Notes under the pieces: generated by a model
Told to the model about the DNA's origin: nothing
The model's input: only the letters and a program-made list of their open reading frames with translations
Databases searched by the model: none
In this document: in pieces, positions 8,878-18,080 of the stretch
How the letters are laid out: every line of letters begins with the position of its first letter
Numbering within the stretch: position 1 is the first letter of the stretch
Made by a program: the position numbers and the translations under genes
Assembly: GCA_026016245.1 (NCBI GenBank)
Contig: CP061211.1
Span: forward strand, 570,001-602,000
Direction: 5' to 3'
DNA length: 32,000 nt
Source: Candidatus Pacearchaeota archaeon
Lineage (GTDB): Archaea; Nanobdellota; Nanobdellia; Pacearchaeales; UBA284

Positions 8878-10113
8878 ATGAAATTTGATGACTCACTGAA
8901 GTTTGCCTTAAATAATTTAACAACAAGAGGCTTGAGAAGCTGGTTAACTATTATTGGTGTTATTATTGGTGTTGCTGCTATAGTTGCCATAGTTTCAGTC
9001 GGACAGGGAATGCAAGAAACTATCTCAGCAGAGCTTGGAAGTCTTGGAGGAGATGTGGTTTTTGTTCTTGCAGGGTCTTCTTTTCAGATGGGTATTGCTC
9101 AAGCTGGATATGCTAGAGCAGCAGGAGAATTAGATGATAGAGATGTAAGAGTTATAGAGGCTGTAGAAGGGGTGTTACATGTTGCCCCAGACATTTTTGG
9201 TTTCGTAGAAGTGAGTTATCTGAAACAAAACAGGACCTTGTATATGTATGGGACGAATGAGAACTGGGCAAAAGTCAGAAGTAGTTTTAATATTGAATCA
9301 GGCAGATTTTTGAAGAGGGGGGATAGTGGTGTGGTTGTTTTAGGAAATACAATTGCAAAAGAAGCTTTTGATAAGGAAATTTTTGTGGGTTCTAATATAA
9401 AAATAGAGGGCGAATCTTTTAGAGTTATAGGAATTCTTGAGAAATTTGGGGGGTTTGGTTCAGATGAAGACCAGTCTGTTTATCTTACACTAGAGGATGC
9501 AGAACCTTACTCAGGAGGATTTGGTGTTGATAATTATTATGCTATAGAAGTAAAGGTAGATGCAGAGAGAGCAGAGGAAATTGCTGAAAAAATGAAGGAA
9601 AAACTAATGATCTCAAGACATGTTAATGAAGAAAATATTGATTTTACTGTTCTTACACCAAAAACAATAGCAGAGATGGTCTTTAGCATTATGAACACAA
9701 TAAATCTTTTCCTTTACGGAATAGCTGCCATCTCTCTTGTTGTAGGAGCTGTTGGAATAGCTAATACAATGTTCACTTCAGTCACAGAAAGAACTAGACA
9801 AATAGGAATTTTAAAATCCTTAGGAATGACAAATAAAGAAGTAATGAACCTTTTCCTTGTAGAATCTGCTCTTATTGGGTTAGTTGGAGGTATTCTTGGA
9901 TTGTTTGTTGGTTTTATTATTTCTGGAACAATAGGTCAAATAGCAGCTTATTTCCTTAGAGGAGCAATGTTCAGAACATCTTTTATTTCTATAACTCCTG
10001 GCCTTATAATCTTCGCCTTAGCATTTTCAGTTATCATAGGAGTTATCTCTGGAATATTCCCTGCAAGGAGAGCAGCTAAACTACAACCAGTTGAAGCTTT
10101 GAGGTATGAATAA
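8878..10113 (+). CDS. MacB/FtsX-like ABC transporter permease
   Basis: 411 aa; LKFALNNLTTRGLRSWLTIIGVIIGVAAIVAIVSVGQG, FtsX C-terminal module TSVTERTRQIGILKSLGMTNKEV, PARRAAKLQPVEALRYE. Confidence 0.93.
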   Translation: MKFDDSLKFALNNLTTRGLRSWLTIIGVIIGVAAIVAIVSVGQGMQETISAELGSLGGDVVFVLAGSSFQMGIAQAGYARAAGELDDRDVRVIEAVEGVLHVAPDIFGFVEVSYLKQNRTLYMYGTNENWAKVRSSFNIESGRFLKRGDSGVVVLGNTIAKEAFDKEIFVGSNIKIEGESFRVIGILEKFGGFGSDEDQSVYLTLEDAEPYSGGFGVDNYYAIEVKVDAERAEEIAEKMKEKLMISRHVNEENIDFTVLTPKTIAEMVFSIMNTINLFLYGIAAISLVVGAVGIANTMFTSVTERTRQIGILKSLGMTNKEVMNLFLVESALIGLVGGILGLFVGFIISGTIGQIAAYFLRGAMFRTSFISITPGLIIFALAFSVIIGVISGIFPARRAAKLQPVEALRYE

Positions 10114-10786
10114 AATGAAAAAAGAAATACTTCACACAAAAAATTTAGTAAAACACTATTATTTGGATGGTGTGATTGTCAAAGCAATAAATGGTGTTAC
10201 ATTTAGTATTCCCAGAAACAAAATGACAGTTATAATTGGTCCTAGTGGTTGTGGAAAATCAACCCTGCTTCATTTAATAGGGCTTCTTGACAAACCAACA
10301 AGGGGAAAGATTTATTTTGACGGATATGATATTTCTAAATTAACTGAAACAAAACTTGCTAAACTGAGATTAAAAAAAATAGGTTTTGTCTTTCAATTTT
10401 TTAATCTACATCCTTTGCTTACAGCAGTAGAAAATGTTGAACTTCCTTTAACAATATCAAATGTTTCTCTAGCAGAAAGAAGAAAAAAAGCTCTAGAACT
10501 TTTAAAAATAGTTGGACTTAAAGAAAGAGCTGATCATTATCCAAATCAACTTTCAGGAGGTGAACAACAGAGGGTTGCAATAGCCAGGGCAATGTCAAAT
10601 GATCCCGAGATTATTATGGCTGACGAACCTACTGGAAATCTTGACACAAAATCAGGAGATGATATTATGAGATTGCTAATAAAATTAAGAGAAAAATCAA
10701 CAGTCATAGTAATAACTCATGATGCAGATATAGCAAGAAGAGCAAATAAAACAATAAAATTAAGAGATGGAATAATAGTTAAGTAA
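10106..10786 (+). CDS. LolD/MacB-like ABC transporter ATP-binding protein
   Basis: 226 aa; Walker A GPSGCGKST, signature LSGGEQQRVAIARA, Walker B IIMADEPTGNLD, H-loop ITHD. Start overlaps permease end; an alternative start exists at 10115. Confidence 0.96.
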   Translation: MNKMKKEILHTKNLVKHYYLDGVIVKAINGVTFSIPRNKMTVIIGPSGCGKSTLLHLIGLLDKPTRGKIYFDGYDISKLTETKLAKLRLKKIGFVFQFFNLHPLLTAVENVELPLTISNVSLAERRKKALELLKIVGLKERADHYPNQLSGGEQQRVAIARAMSNDPEIIMADEPTGNLDTKSGDDIMRLLIKLREKSTVIVITHDADIARRANKTIKLRDGIIVK

Positions 10787-11828
10787 AAATACTTTTAATC
10801 AAATCATCTTTGTCAAATTTCTTTAAATCTCCATACTCCTGGCCTACACCTAAGAAAATTATTGGCTTTTTTGTCACATAGCTTACAGAAATCATAGCTC
10901 CACCTTTCTCATCAACATCAGCTTTTGTCAAAATTATAGCATCAATTCCTATAGCTTCATGAAAAGCTTTAGCTTGGTCAATAGCATCATTACCAACTAT
11001 AGCCTCACCAACAAAAACTTTCAAGTCTGGCTTGTTCACTCTAATAATCTTTTCCATCTCTCTCATCAAGTCAGCTTTAACATGGATTCTTCCAGCTGTA
11101 TCAATCAAAACACAATCTATGCCTTGGGCTTTTGCATGGGCAATTGCATCAAAAGCAACTGCAGCAGGATCAGAACCATATTTATGTTTTATAACTTTGA
11201 CATCTAATTTTACTGCATGCTTTTCTAATTGTTCAATTGATGCTGCTCTGAAAGTATCACTTGCTGCTAACACAGAACTTAAACCTTGCTTTTTTAGAAG
11301 ATGAGAGATTTTTGCTATAGTTGTTGTTTTTCCACTTCCATTAATTCCAAAAAAGACAATTGTGTAAGGTTTTTCTTTTTTTACTCTCTCTTTAATTTTC
11401 TCAACAAAATCAAAAGGCTCTATAAGAAGTTCATTTATGGCTTTCTTTAAACTATTTTCAATTTCCTTCTCAAGCTCTTTTCTTTTGATCTCTTTTCCAA
11501 TAAGTTCTTTTTTCAATTCAGTTTTTAGAAATTCAATAGCTTCCATAGCCACATTATTTTCTATAAGAACCATTTCAAGTTCTGAGAAAAATTTATCAAA
11601 ATTTTCTTCTTTTATCTTGGCCACTTTAGCTATTTTCATTAATTTTGTGAGAAGATTTTCTTTCTTTTCCTCAAGCTTCTCTTTTTTTTCTGGTTCTTTC
11701 TTTTCCTTTTTCTCAAGCCCTTTTATTTCTTTTTTTATCTCTTTCTCTTCCTTATCTGTTTGTTTTTCCAACTCTTGCTTTGTCTTTCCAAACACTTCCT
11801 TGATTTTTTTCTTGAGGAAACCAAACAT
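10779..11828 (-). CDS. ftsY: Signal recognition particle receptor FtsY
   Basis: 349 aa; acidic/basic N-terminal A region, GINGSGKTTTIAKI, SDTFRAASIEQL, DTAGR, LTKADVDEKGGAMIS. Confidence 0.96.
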   Translation of the reverse strand: MFGFLKKKIKEVFGKTKQELEKQTDKEEKEIKKEIKGLEKKEKKEPEKKEKLEEKKENLLTKLMKIAKVAKIKEENFDKFFSELEMVLIENNVAMEAIEFLKTELKKELIGKEIKRKELEKEIENSLKKAINELLIEPFDFVEKIKERVKKEKPYTIVFFGINGSGKTTTIAKISHLLKKQGLSSVLAASDTFRAASIEQLEKHAVKLDVKVIKHKYGSDPAAVAFDAIAHAKAQGIDCVLIDTAGRIHVKADLMREMEKIIRVNKPDLKVFVGEAIVGNDAIDQAKAFHEAIGIDAIILTKADVDEKGGAMISVSYVTKKPIIFLGVGQEYGDLKKFDKDDLIKSIFT

Positions 11829-11878
11829 AAAGCGAAGAGGTGAGAAATATTAATAAATGTTACTTTACTAGGAAAAAC

Positions 11879-12475
11879 ATGAAAAAAGAAAAAAAGAGGA
11901 AAATATGCAAAATCTATTTGTTTAGGCATGGGCAGACTTATTATAACAGAGATGGTATCTTTACAGGGTTTGTTGATTCTAAATTAACAAAAAGAGGTAT
12001 AGAAGATGCAAAAATTGTTGCTGAAAGATTAAAAAATAAAAAATTTCAAGTTGCATTCCATACAAGACTTTCTCGTTCTAAAGATACTTTAAAACAAGTA
12101 TTGAAATATCATCCAGAATGTACGAGGTTGATTGAGGATGATAGGATGCTTGAAAGAAATTATGGAAAATTAAACACACATAGCCATTGGGAGATTGTCA
12201 GAAAGAAAGGACCTAAACAATATGATAAGTGGCACAGAGGATTTAACATCAGGCCACCAAAAGGAGAGTCTTTTGCTGATGTTGAAAGACGTGTAAGGGC
12301 TTTCTTAAAGGACCTTTTCAAATTCGTAAAAAAGGAAAGAGTTGATGTTGCAATATCAGCTCATGGTAACTCAATACGCTTAGTCAGAAAAATACTAGAA
12401 AAAGCATCAAAAGAAGAAACAGTGGGGTGGTTTATTCCTTATGATACCTACTTTGAATATAGTGTTAAATGTTAA
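11879..12475 (+). CDS. gpmA: Phosphoglycerate mutase-like histidine phosphatase, shortened relative to typical GpmA
   Basis: Likely start at internal Met 11879 (ORF opens at 11840). YLFRHGQTYYNRDGIFTGFVDSKLTKRG, LERNYGKLN, KWHRGFNIRPP, ISAHGNSIR. Confidence 0.82.
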   Translation: MKKEKKRKICKIYLFRHGQTYYNRDGIFTGFVDSKLTKRGIEDAKIVAERLKNKKFQVAFHTRLSRSKDTLKQVLKYHPECTRLIEDDRMLERNYGKLNTHSHWEIVRKKGPKQYDKWHRGFNIRPPKGESFADVERRVRAFLKDLFKFVKKERVDVAISAHGNSIRLVRKILEKASKEETVGWFIPYDTYFEYSVKC

Positions 12476-12534
12476 AATTTAGTTTAAGAACATTTTTAAA
12501 TTCCTTATCATTGTCATATCATAGCTAGGGGAAA

Positions 12535-13110
12535 ATGATAACTTACCAGGAAATTTATGATATATTGAGAAATGAGAAGTATAATGAAGCCCTCCAACAG
12601 CTTCCTAAGAAATTTCTATCTGAAATAGCTTCCTATCTTGCTGAGAAGAAAGATATTGTAAATAGGGAGCAAAAGAACAGTGAATTGTTTTCAGATACAG
12701 TAAGGATGACAAGAAAACAATTAGATAATACTCTAGCTATAATAAAGGAGATTATTGCTATCAGAGAAAGAAAAATCCTGAATCTGGCTTTTACAGCTGC
12801 CCTGACTGGAATAAGCAAGAGAGATACAGAAAATCTGATGGAACATGAGAAAGATCTTTTTGAGATAACTGTAAAAAAGCTTGAGCAAAATCAAAAAATA
12901 ATAACTGAAAAATTAAATGGGAAAATAAATGAAGAGAAGAAAGATTTAAAAAATATTCTCATTAGGTTTAAAGAAGATATCCCAGCCTTTCTTTCTGGGG
13001 AAGGCACTGAACTCGGACCTTTTAAGTCAGGAGATGTGGTGAATCTTCCTCAAGAGATAGCTGAAATTCTTTTAGGAGATGGAAAGGCTGCGATGGTTGA
13101 GGAAAAATGA
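12535..13110 (+). CDS. Archaeal GINS complex-like DNA replication protein (Gins51/Gins15 type)
   Basis: 191 aa; alpha-helical N-part and small C-terminal FKSGDVVNLPQEIAEILLGDGKAAMVE typical of the GINS B-domain. Recognised by eye only. Confidence 0.75.
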   Translation: MITYQEIYDILRNEKYNEALQQLPKKFLSEIASYLAEKKDIVNREQKNSELFSDTVRMTRKQLDNTLAIIKEIIAIRERKILNLAFTAALTGISKRDTENLMEHEKDLFEITVKKLEQNQKIITEKLNGKINEEKKDLKNILIRFKEDIPAFLSGEGTELGPFKSGDVVNLPQEIAEILLGDGKAAMVEEK

Positions 13111-13111
13111 A

Positions 13112-13326
13112 ATGAGTGAAAAAATTGAAGACAAATAATAGATATATTGAGAAGAAACGAAGAATTAGAATCTCTTTCAATCTCAAAAGAACTAGGAGTA
13201 ACTTATGATACTGCGTCAGAATATCTCAAGAAAATGACTAAAGAAGGGAAAATAGAAAGACGGGCTATAGGAAAGCCTTGGGTTTATTATTATAGACTAA
13301 ATCATCAAAAGCCAATATTAGTATGA
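13112..13326 (+). pseudogene. Winged-HTH-like small protein gene, apparently interrupted by a 1-nt deletion near 13133-13136
   Basis: ATG at 13112 reads MSEKIEDK then TAA. The overlapping frame reads IIDILRRNEELESLSISKELGVTYDTASEYLKKMTKEGKIERRAIGKPWVYYYRLNHQKPILV*. Length 215 nt = 3n-1. ATGA overlap with the L44e start. Confidence 0.7.
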
Positions 13327-13643
13327 AAGTTCCAAAAAAGACAAAAAGATATTGCAAGTTTTGTAAGAAACATACAGAGCACAAGATTAGCCAGGCAAAG
13401 GCAGGACATCAGAGGGGGGCATTAAAAAGAGGATCCCCTATAAGAGCAAAGAAAAGAGGTCTTGGAAGAGGATTAGGCAGCCATGGAAAATGGCCTCCTA
13501 GTAAGCCTGCTGTGACAAAGTGGAAGAGAAAAACTAAAACCACAAAAAAGACAAATTTTGTTTATACATGCAAAGTTTGTGGAAAAAGCACCATACAAAA
13601 AAAAGGAACCAGGACATCAAGAGTCCAGTTTAAGGAGAAATAA
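13323..13643 (+). CDS. rpl44e: 50S ribosomal protein L44e
   Basis: 106 aa; MKVPKKTKRYCKFCKKHTEHKISQAK, C-terminal CxxCGK zinc pair. Confidence 0.96.
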   Translation: MKVPKKTKRYCKFCKKHTEHKISQAKAGHQRGALKRGSPIRAKKRGLGRGLGSHGKWPPSKPAVTKWKRKTKTTKKTNFVYTCKVCGKSTIQKKGTRTSRVQFKEK

Positions 13644-13644
13644 G

Positions 13645-14175
13645 ATGGCTATACAAAAGAAAAAATATTTTGATGTTAAGCTTAATATTTTCAACACAAC
13701 AATCCAGCTTCTGGCATTTAAGCCAGAGGATCTTGAAGGGAGAAACGTCAAGTTTGATTTAACAAAAATTCTGAAAGGAAAACATTGTGAGGCTAATTAT
13801 ATAATAAAGAACAGAGATGGGAATCTTGTTGGTGAGATATATCAATTTAAGATTCAGCCCTCTTTTATCAGGAGATTGATTGGCCGAAATGTAAGCATTA
13901 TTGAGGATTCTTTTTTATGCAAAGTGAAGGATGCTAATTTGAGAATAAAGCCTTTTCTTATTACAAGAAAAAAAGTGCATAGATCTGTAAGAAAAGCGTT
14001 AAGGGATGAGGCAAAGAGATTTATAAAAAAGTTGGTGGAGAACAAGGACAAGGATAGTGTTTTCCAAGAAACAATTTTAGCTTCTATACAAAAACAGTTA
14101 AGCAAGAAATTGAAAAAAACATATCCCTTGGCAGTATGTGAGTTAAGAATTGTGAAAGTTGAAAAGGCCAAATAA
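13645..14175 (+). CDS. rps3ae: 30S ribosomal protein S3Ae
   Basis: Start revised from ORF-track 13558 to MAIQKKKYFDVKLN at 13645, immediately after L44e stop. Conserved FKIQPSFIRRLIGRNVSIIEDSF and related segments. Confidence 0.9.
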   Translation: MAIQKKKYFDVKLNIFNTTIQLLAFKPEDLEGRNVKFDLTKILKGKHCEANYIIKNRDGNLVGEIYQFKIQPSFIRRLIGRNVSIIEDSFLCKVKDANLRIKPFLITRKKVHRSVRKALRDEAKRFIKKLVENKDKDSVFQETILASIQKQLSKKLKKTYPLAVCELRIVKVEKAK

Positions 14176-14192
14176 TTTTCTCATTTAAAAAA

Positions 14193-15401
14193 ATGGTTGA
14201 CTGGGCACAAATTTATAATCCTTTATTCTTTATTTTAGTTATTATCTTTCTTTATTGCTGTTATATTCTTTATTTTGCTCTTACTGTCAGGAGAAAAAGA
14301 ATAAAACACGAATATTTTCCTTATGTCTCTGTACTTGTTTATGCCAAGGATGCTGGAAATGTCATAAGAAGAAGAATTGAAAATCTCATCAAACAGAATT
14401 ATCCGAAGAATAAATATGAGATAATTATTTATGATAACGCCTCAAAAGATGAAACTCAAGAAATCTGTATGAAATACAAAAAAAAGAAGCTAATTAAATA
14501 TCTAAGAAAAAAATTTGATAGAAAGGGCCCTCTTCTTGATCTAGCTATCAAAAAACTTGCTAAAGGAGAAATTTTGTTAATGACTGATCCTGATGTTCTT
14601 GCTGAAAAAAATTGGATTCTAAACATAGTTCAACCTTTTAAGGATAAGAGTGTAGGAGCTGTTGCAGGAACTGTTCATTGCGGAAACTATTACAAAGGTA
14701 TTATTCCATTAATGAGAGCAGTAGAAGATGAGTGGAGATTTGTTGCTCCAGTATTAAGAGATTCTGACACTGTTTTTAGTATAGGAGCAAATCAGGCTTT
14801 GAGAAGAGAGACATGGGAACAAACAAAATATGGGGGAAGCTTGCTTGATGATCTTGATATTATCTCGAGAATTATTGATAAGGGATGGAAGGCTGTTGGA
14901 TCTAGTGCAACAGGAACAGAAGAAGAAGTTGAAACCCCAGGACAGTATTGGAGGCAGAGGACAAGGTGGTACAAGGTTAATACTGCAGATTATTTTGGTG
15001 TAAGCAAGAAATGGAAAAAATTTCTTGAAAGTTTTCCTCATGTAATCCAGTTTTTTGCTCTTGTTTTATTAATAGTTTTTATCATCTCTTTATCTATAAC
15101 CTTCAATTATCTTATATGGTTCAGCATAATCAATTTTGTTTTAATGAATCTTGCCATGATTATCGCTTTTATAAAAATAAAGACAGGAAAAGCATTTATT
15201 CCAGCAATACCTTTATTTCTTACTCTGGATACTATACTTTTTGGGACAACTTTATTTTGGGTGCACATACCAGGAAGATTTTTTCATTTAACAAAAGAAG
15301 TATGGCCATCTCTACAAGGAAGGTATTATCATGTTGGCTCAGAATTAAAGAAATGGTTTTTTGAATTTGAGGAGAAAGTCAAGGATTACACAAAGATTTA
15401 A
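14193..15401 (+). CDS. Membrane glycosyltransferase, family 2 (processive-type)
   Basis: 402 aa; VSVLVYAKDAGNVIRRRIENLIKQ, LMTDPDV, LLDDLDI, QRTRW, flanking TM helices. Confidence 0.9.
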   Translation: MVDWAQIYNPLFFILVIIFLYCCYILYFALTVRRKRIKHEYFPYVSVLVYAKDAGNVIRRRIENLIKQNYPKNKYEIIIYDNASKDETQEICMKYKKKKLIKYLRKKFDRKGPLLDLAIKKLAKGEILLMTDPDVLAEKNWILNIVQPFKDKSVGAVAGTVHCGNYYKGIIPLMRAVEDEWRFVAPVLRDSDTVFSIGANQALRRETWEQTKYGGSLLDDLDIISRIIDKGWKAVGSSATGTEEEVETPGQYWRQRTRWYKVNTADYFGVSKKWKKFLESFPHVIQFFALVLLIVFIISLSITFNYLIWFSIINFVLMNLAMIIAFIKIKTGKAFIPAIPLFLTLDTILFGTTLFWVHIPGRFFHLTKEVWPSLQGRYYHVGSELKKWFFEFEEKVKDYTKI

Positions 15402-15517
15402 TAAATTATTGAAGAATTTTTTTATAGAAGGTAAAGTTTAAAAGTTTTCTGACCATCAACCACCCCCCTTAAATATTTCTTGCTGAAATCAAAAGATTTA
15501 AATAGTATAATACATAA

Positions 15518-15544
15518 ATAAGTATATTAAGTATCATAAGTATA
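15518..15544. repeat. Three tandem 9-bp direct repeats (ATAAGTATA TTAAGTATC ATAAGTATA) upstream of VapBC-like operon
   Basis: Read directly: AAGTAT core at 15520, 15529 and 15538, exact 9-bp spacing, located between a TATA-like TTTAAATA and the antitoxin ORF. Confidence 0.7.
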
Positions 15545-15555
15545 ATAAAAAATAT

Positions 15556-15786
15556 TTGGAGAAAGAAAAAATGACAAACATGACTTTGGCAATTCCAGAA
15601 GAGTTGCACCGCAGGATGAAGCAGTTCTCTGAAATAAGATGGGCAGAAATAGCTAGAAGGGCTATGGAAGAAAGGGCAAAAGATCTTGAAGAAATGGAAA
15701 AAATTGCCTCTAAGAGCAAACTAACTAAAAAAGATGCCGCAATTCTGGCGAAAAAGATAAAAAGAGCTGCTGCCAAGAGATTTTAA
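15556..15786 (+). CDS. Ribbon-helix-helix VapB-like antitoxin
   Basis: 76 aa; MTNMTLAIPEELHRRMKQFSEIRWAEIARRAMEERAKDLEEM. Start could be MTNM at 15571. Confidence 0.82.
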   Translation: MEKEKMTNMTLAIPEELHRRMKQFSEIRWAEIARRAMEERAKDLEEMEKIASKSKLTKKDAAILAKKIKRAAAKRF

Positions 15787-16205
15787 TGTTTATTGTTATA
15801 GATACGAATGTCTTTATTGCAGCTTTAATAAAAAATAGTTTGACTAGAGAGCTAATTTTAAATACAAAAGCCAGAATTCTATTCCCAGAATTAATTTTAG
15901 ATGAGTTAAGAAATCATGAGCAGGAAATAATCAAAAAATCAGGCATTTCAAGACAGGAATATCTCTTTATTTTATCAAAGCTTTTAAAATATGTCATGGT
16001 TGTGCCTTCAGAACTATGTCTGCCCTTTAAGGAAAAAGCTAAAGAGATAATGGATAAAATAGACCCTGATGATAGTGTTTTTATCGCAACTTCTTTAGCA
16101 TTTGGCAAGTGCGTTATTTGGAGCGATGACAAACATTTTAAGAAACAAAAATTTGTAAAAATAATAACCACAAAAGACATGAGTAAGAATTATAAAAAGA
16201 GATAG
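15786..16205 (+). CDS. PIN-domain VapC-like toxin ribonuclease
   Basis: 139 aa; FIVIDTNVFIAAL, ELILDELRNHEQE, DPDDSVFIATSLAFGKCVIWSDDKHF. 1-nt overlap with antitoxin stop. Confidence 0.88.
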   Translation: MFIVIDTNVFIAALIKNSLTRELILNTKARILFPELILDELRNHEQEIIKKSGISRQEYLFILSKLLKYVMVVPSELCLPFKEKAKEIMDKIDPDDSVFIATSLAFGKCVIWSDDKHFKKQKFVKIITTKDMSKNYKKR

Positions 16206-16241
16206 AAACTCTTAAATAATTTCTTGTTGTTATGGATATTA

Positions 16242-18080
16242 CTATGAAAATCTATTTAATATACGTTTGAATAAACCATCTCTTTTCCTTGTTTCCTTTG
16301 AAATATCTTCTTTAGGGATTCTACCAGATAGTTCTAATGTTTTAATATCTTTTAATTTGCTATTTAATTCATCTCCGAATTTAATATCCTTTAGATTTAA
16401 TCTTACTGTTTTATTACCTTTCCATTCATTCAATTCCAGTAGGTAAGCTATATGAATTTGTTTAGTGTTTTTGGAAATTTTGTCTAAAAAATGAGCCATC
16501 CGAAAACCTATGGCTTCTATTATGTTATTATAATTATCATAAAATTTAATTTTAAGATGTTTTTCTTTTAAGAGGTTGGGATAGTCGGTAAGGCTAAGAT
16601 TTGTAGAATAGAAAATTGGTTTTGGATTGCCTATTCCAAAAGGAGGTAATTGATTTATTTCTTTAATTAAAGTAGGATTAATATCAGCTAAATCTAACTT
16701 AGCATCAAGTTTTAGAATGGGCATAAACTGTTTGGAAGAAATTTTATTTTTTGCATATTTGCAAATCTGCTTTCTAAATTTTTTGATGTTTCTCTTATTA
16801 ATTTTAATACCAATTGCCTGTTCATGTCCTCCATAATTTATTAATAGGTTCTTACATGAATCTACTGCTTTAAGAAGATGAAAATTAGGAATACTTCGTC
16901 CAGATCCATATGCTCTGTCTTTTTCTATAGAGATTAGAATTGTTGGTTTATTATATATCTCAACAATACGAGAAGCTACAATTCCGATTATTCCTCTATG
17001 CCATCTTTCTTCTGCTAAAATAATACAATTTTCCTTATCAAGATTTATTTCTTTTTTTATCTTTAACAATGCTTTTTCTAATATCTTTTCTTGAATAACT
17101 TGTCTACGTATATTTTGTTCATCAAGAATATAAGCTATTTCTTGGGCCTTATTTTCAGAATTTGTTTGAAGTAGTTCCATAGATTTATCTGCTGTAGTTA
17201 AACGTCCTGCAGCATTTATTCTTGGCGCTAATCTAAAAGATATGTGTCCTGAATTGATTTCTTTCCCTCTAAGGCCTGAAACTTTGATTAAGGCTTTTAA
17301 ACCAATATTTTCAGTTCTCATTAACTGCTTTAAACCATATTTAACAATTATTCTATTTTCTCCATCTAAAGGCACGATATCAGCTATTGTTCCAAGACAA
17401 ACAAGATCTAAAAGAGAAATAATATTTAAACTGAGATTATATTTTTTTATTAAAACTTGTGCTACTTTAAATGCTATTCCTACCCCACTTAATTTTTTAT
17501 ATGGATAGTTGCATTTTTTTTGTTTGGGATTAATGATGGCTACTGCCTTAGGAAGTAATCCTATTTGTTCATGATGATCTGTAACTATTACATCAATAGA
17601 TTTCCTTTTAGCATACTTTATTTCTTTATTGGCGCTAATCCCACAGTCTACTGTAATAATTAAACCTACACCTTGTCTCCTTGCATAATCTATACTTTTT
17701 TTATTTAGTCCATAACCTTCAATTAATCTATTTGGAAAATAATATATGATTTTTCCTCCAATTAATTTAATAATTTTTACTAGAATAGCTGAAGCAGTTA
17801 TTCCGTCAACATCATAATCACCAAACAACATTATTCTCTCTTTATTAGTTATTGCTTTCTCAATACGATTAATAGCTTTATTCATATCTTTAAGTAAAAG
17901 AGGATTATGCATATCTTCAAAACGGCATCTAAGAAACTTTTCTGCTTCTTTAGAATCTATTATTCCCCTATTAGTAAGTAAAGTAGCAATTAATGGTGAA
18001 ATACCTAATTTTTGAATAAGAATCTGGCTATGTTTTTCTCTAGATTGTCTAATATTCCATTCCTTTTGTATATATGGCAT
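16242..18080 (-). CDS. recJ: Single-stranded-DNA-specific exonuclease RecJ, bacterial-type
   Basis: DYDVDGITA, EGYGLN, DCG, TDHH, LGTIADIVPL, RINAAGRL, WHRGIIGIVASRI, GSGRS, GGHEQA. Likely start MPYIQKEW at 18080 rather than 18098. Confidence 0.92.
   Translation of the reverse strand: MPYIQKEWNIRQSREKHSQILIQKLGISPLIATLLTNRGIIDSKEAEKFLRCRFEDMHNPLLLKDMNKAINRIEKAITNKERIMLFGDYDVDGITASAILVKIIKLIGGKIIYYFPNRLIEGYGLNKKSIDYARRQGVGLIITVDCGISANKEIKYAKRKSIDVIVTDHHEQIGLLPKAVAIINPKQKKCNYPYKKLSGVGIAFKVAQVLIKKYNLSLNIISLLDLVCLGTIADIVPLDGENRIIVKYGLKQLMRTENIGLKALIKVSGLRGKEINSGHISFRLAPRINAAGRLTTADKSMELLQTNSENKAQEIAYILDEQNIRRQVIQEKILEKALLKIKKEINLDKENCIILAEERWHRGIIGIVASRIVEIYNKPTILISIEKDRAYGSGRSIPNFHLLKAVDSCKNLLINYGGHEQAIGIKINKRNIKKFRKQICKYAKNKISSKQFMPILKLDAKLDLADINPTLIKEINQLPPFGIGNPKPIFYSTNLSLTDYPNLLKEKHLKIKFYDNYNNIIEAIGFRMAHFLDKISKNTKQIHIAYLLELNEWKGNKTVRLNLKDIKFGDELNSKLKDIKTLELSGRIPKEDISKETRKRDGLFKRILNRFS

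Noticed and set aside
10959-11853. Plus-strand ORFs 10959-11207, 11032-11304 and 11437-11853
   Set aside because: They are antisense to ftsY. The Ser/Phe-rich low-complexity products reflect the Lys/Glu-rich A region read backwards.
13112-13140. Programmed -1 ribosomal frameshift at the wHTH gene
   Set aside because: GACAAAT is not a canonical X-XXY-YYZ slippery heptamer and no clear stimulatory structure was seen. A simple indel or sequencing error is the more economical explanation.
13558-13644. Upstream extension of the S3Ae ORF (MFIHAKFVEK...)
   Set aside because: The extension lies in an alternate frame of L44e. The S3Ae start at 13645 directly follows the L44e stop.
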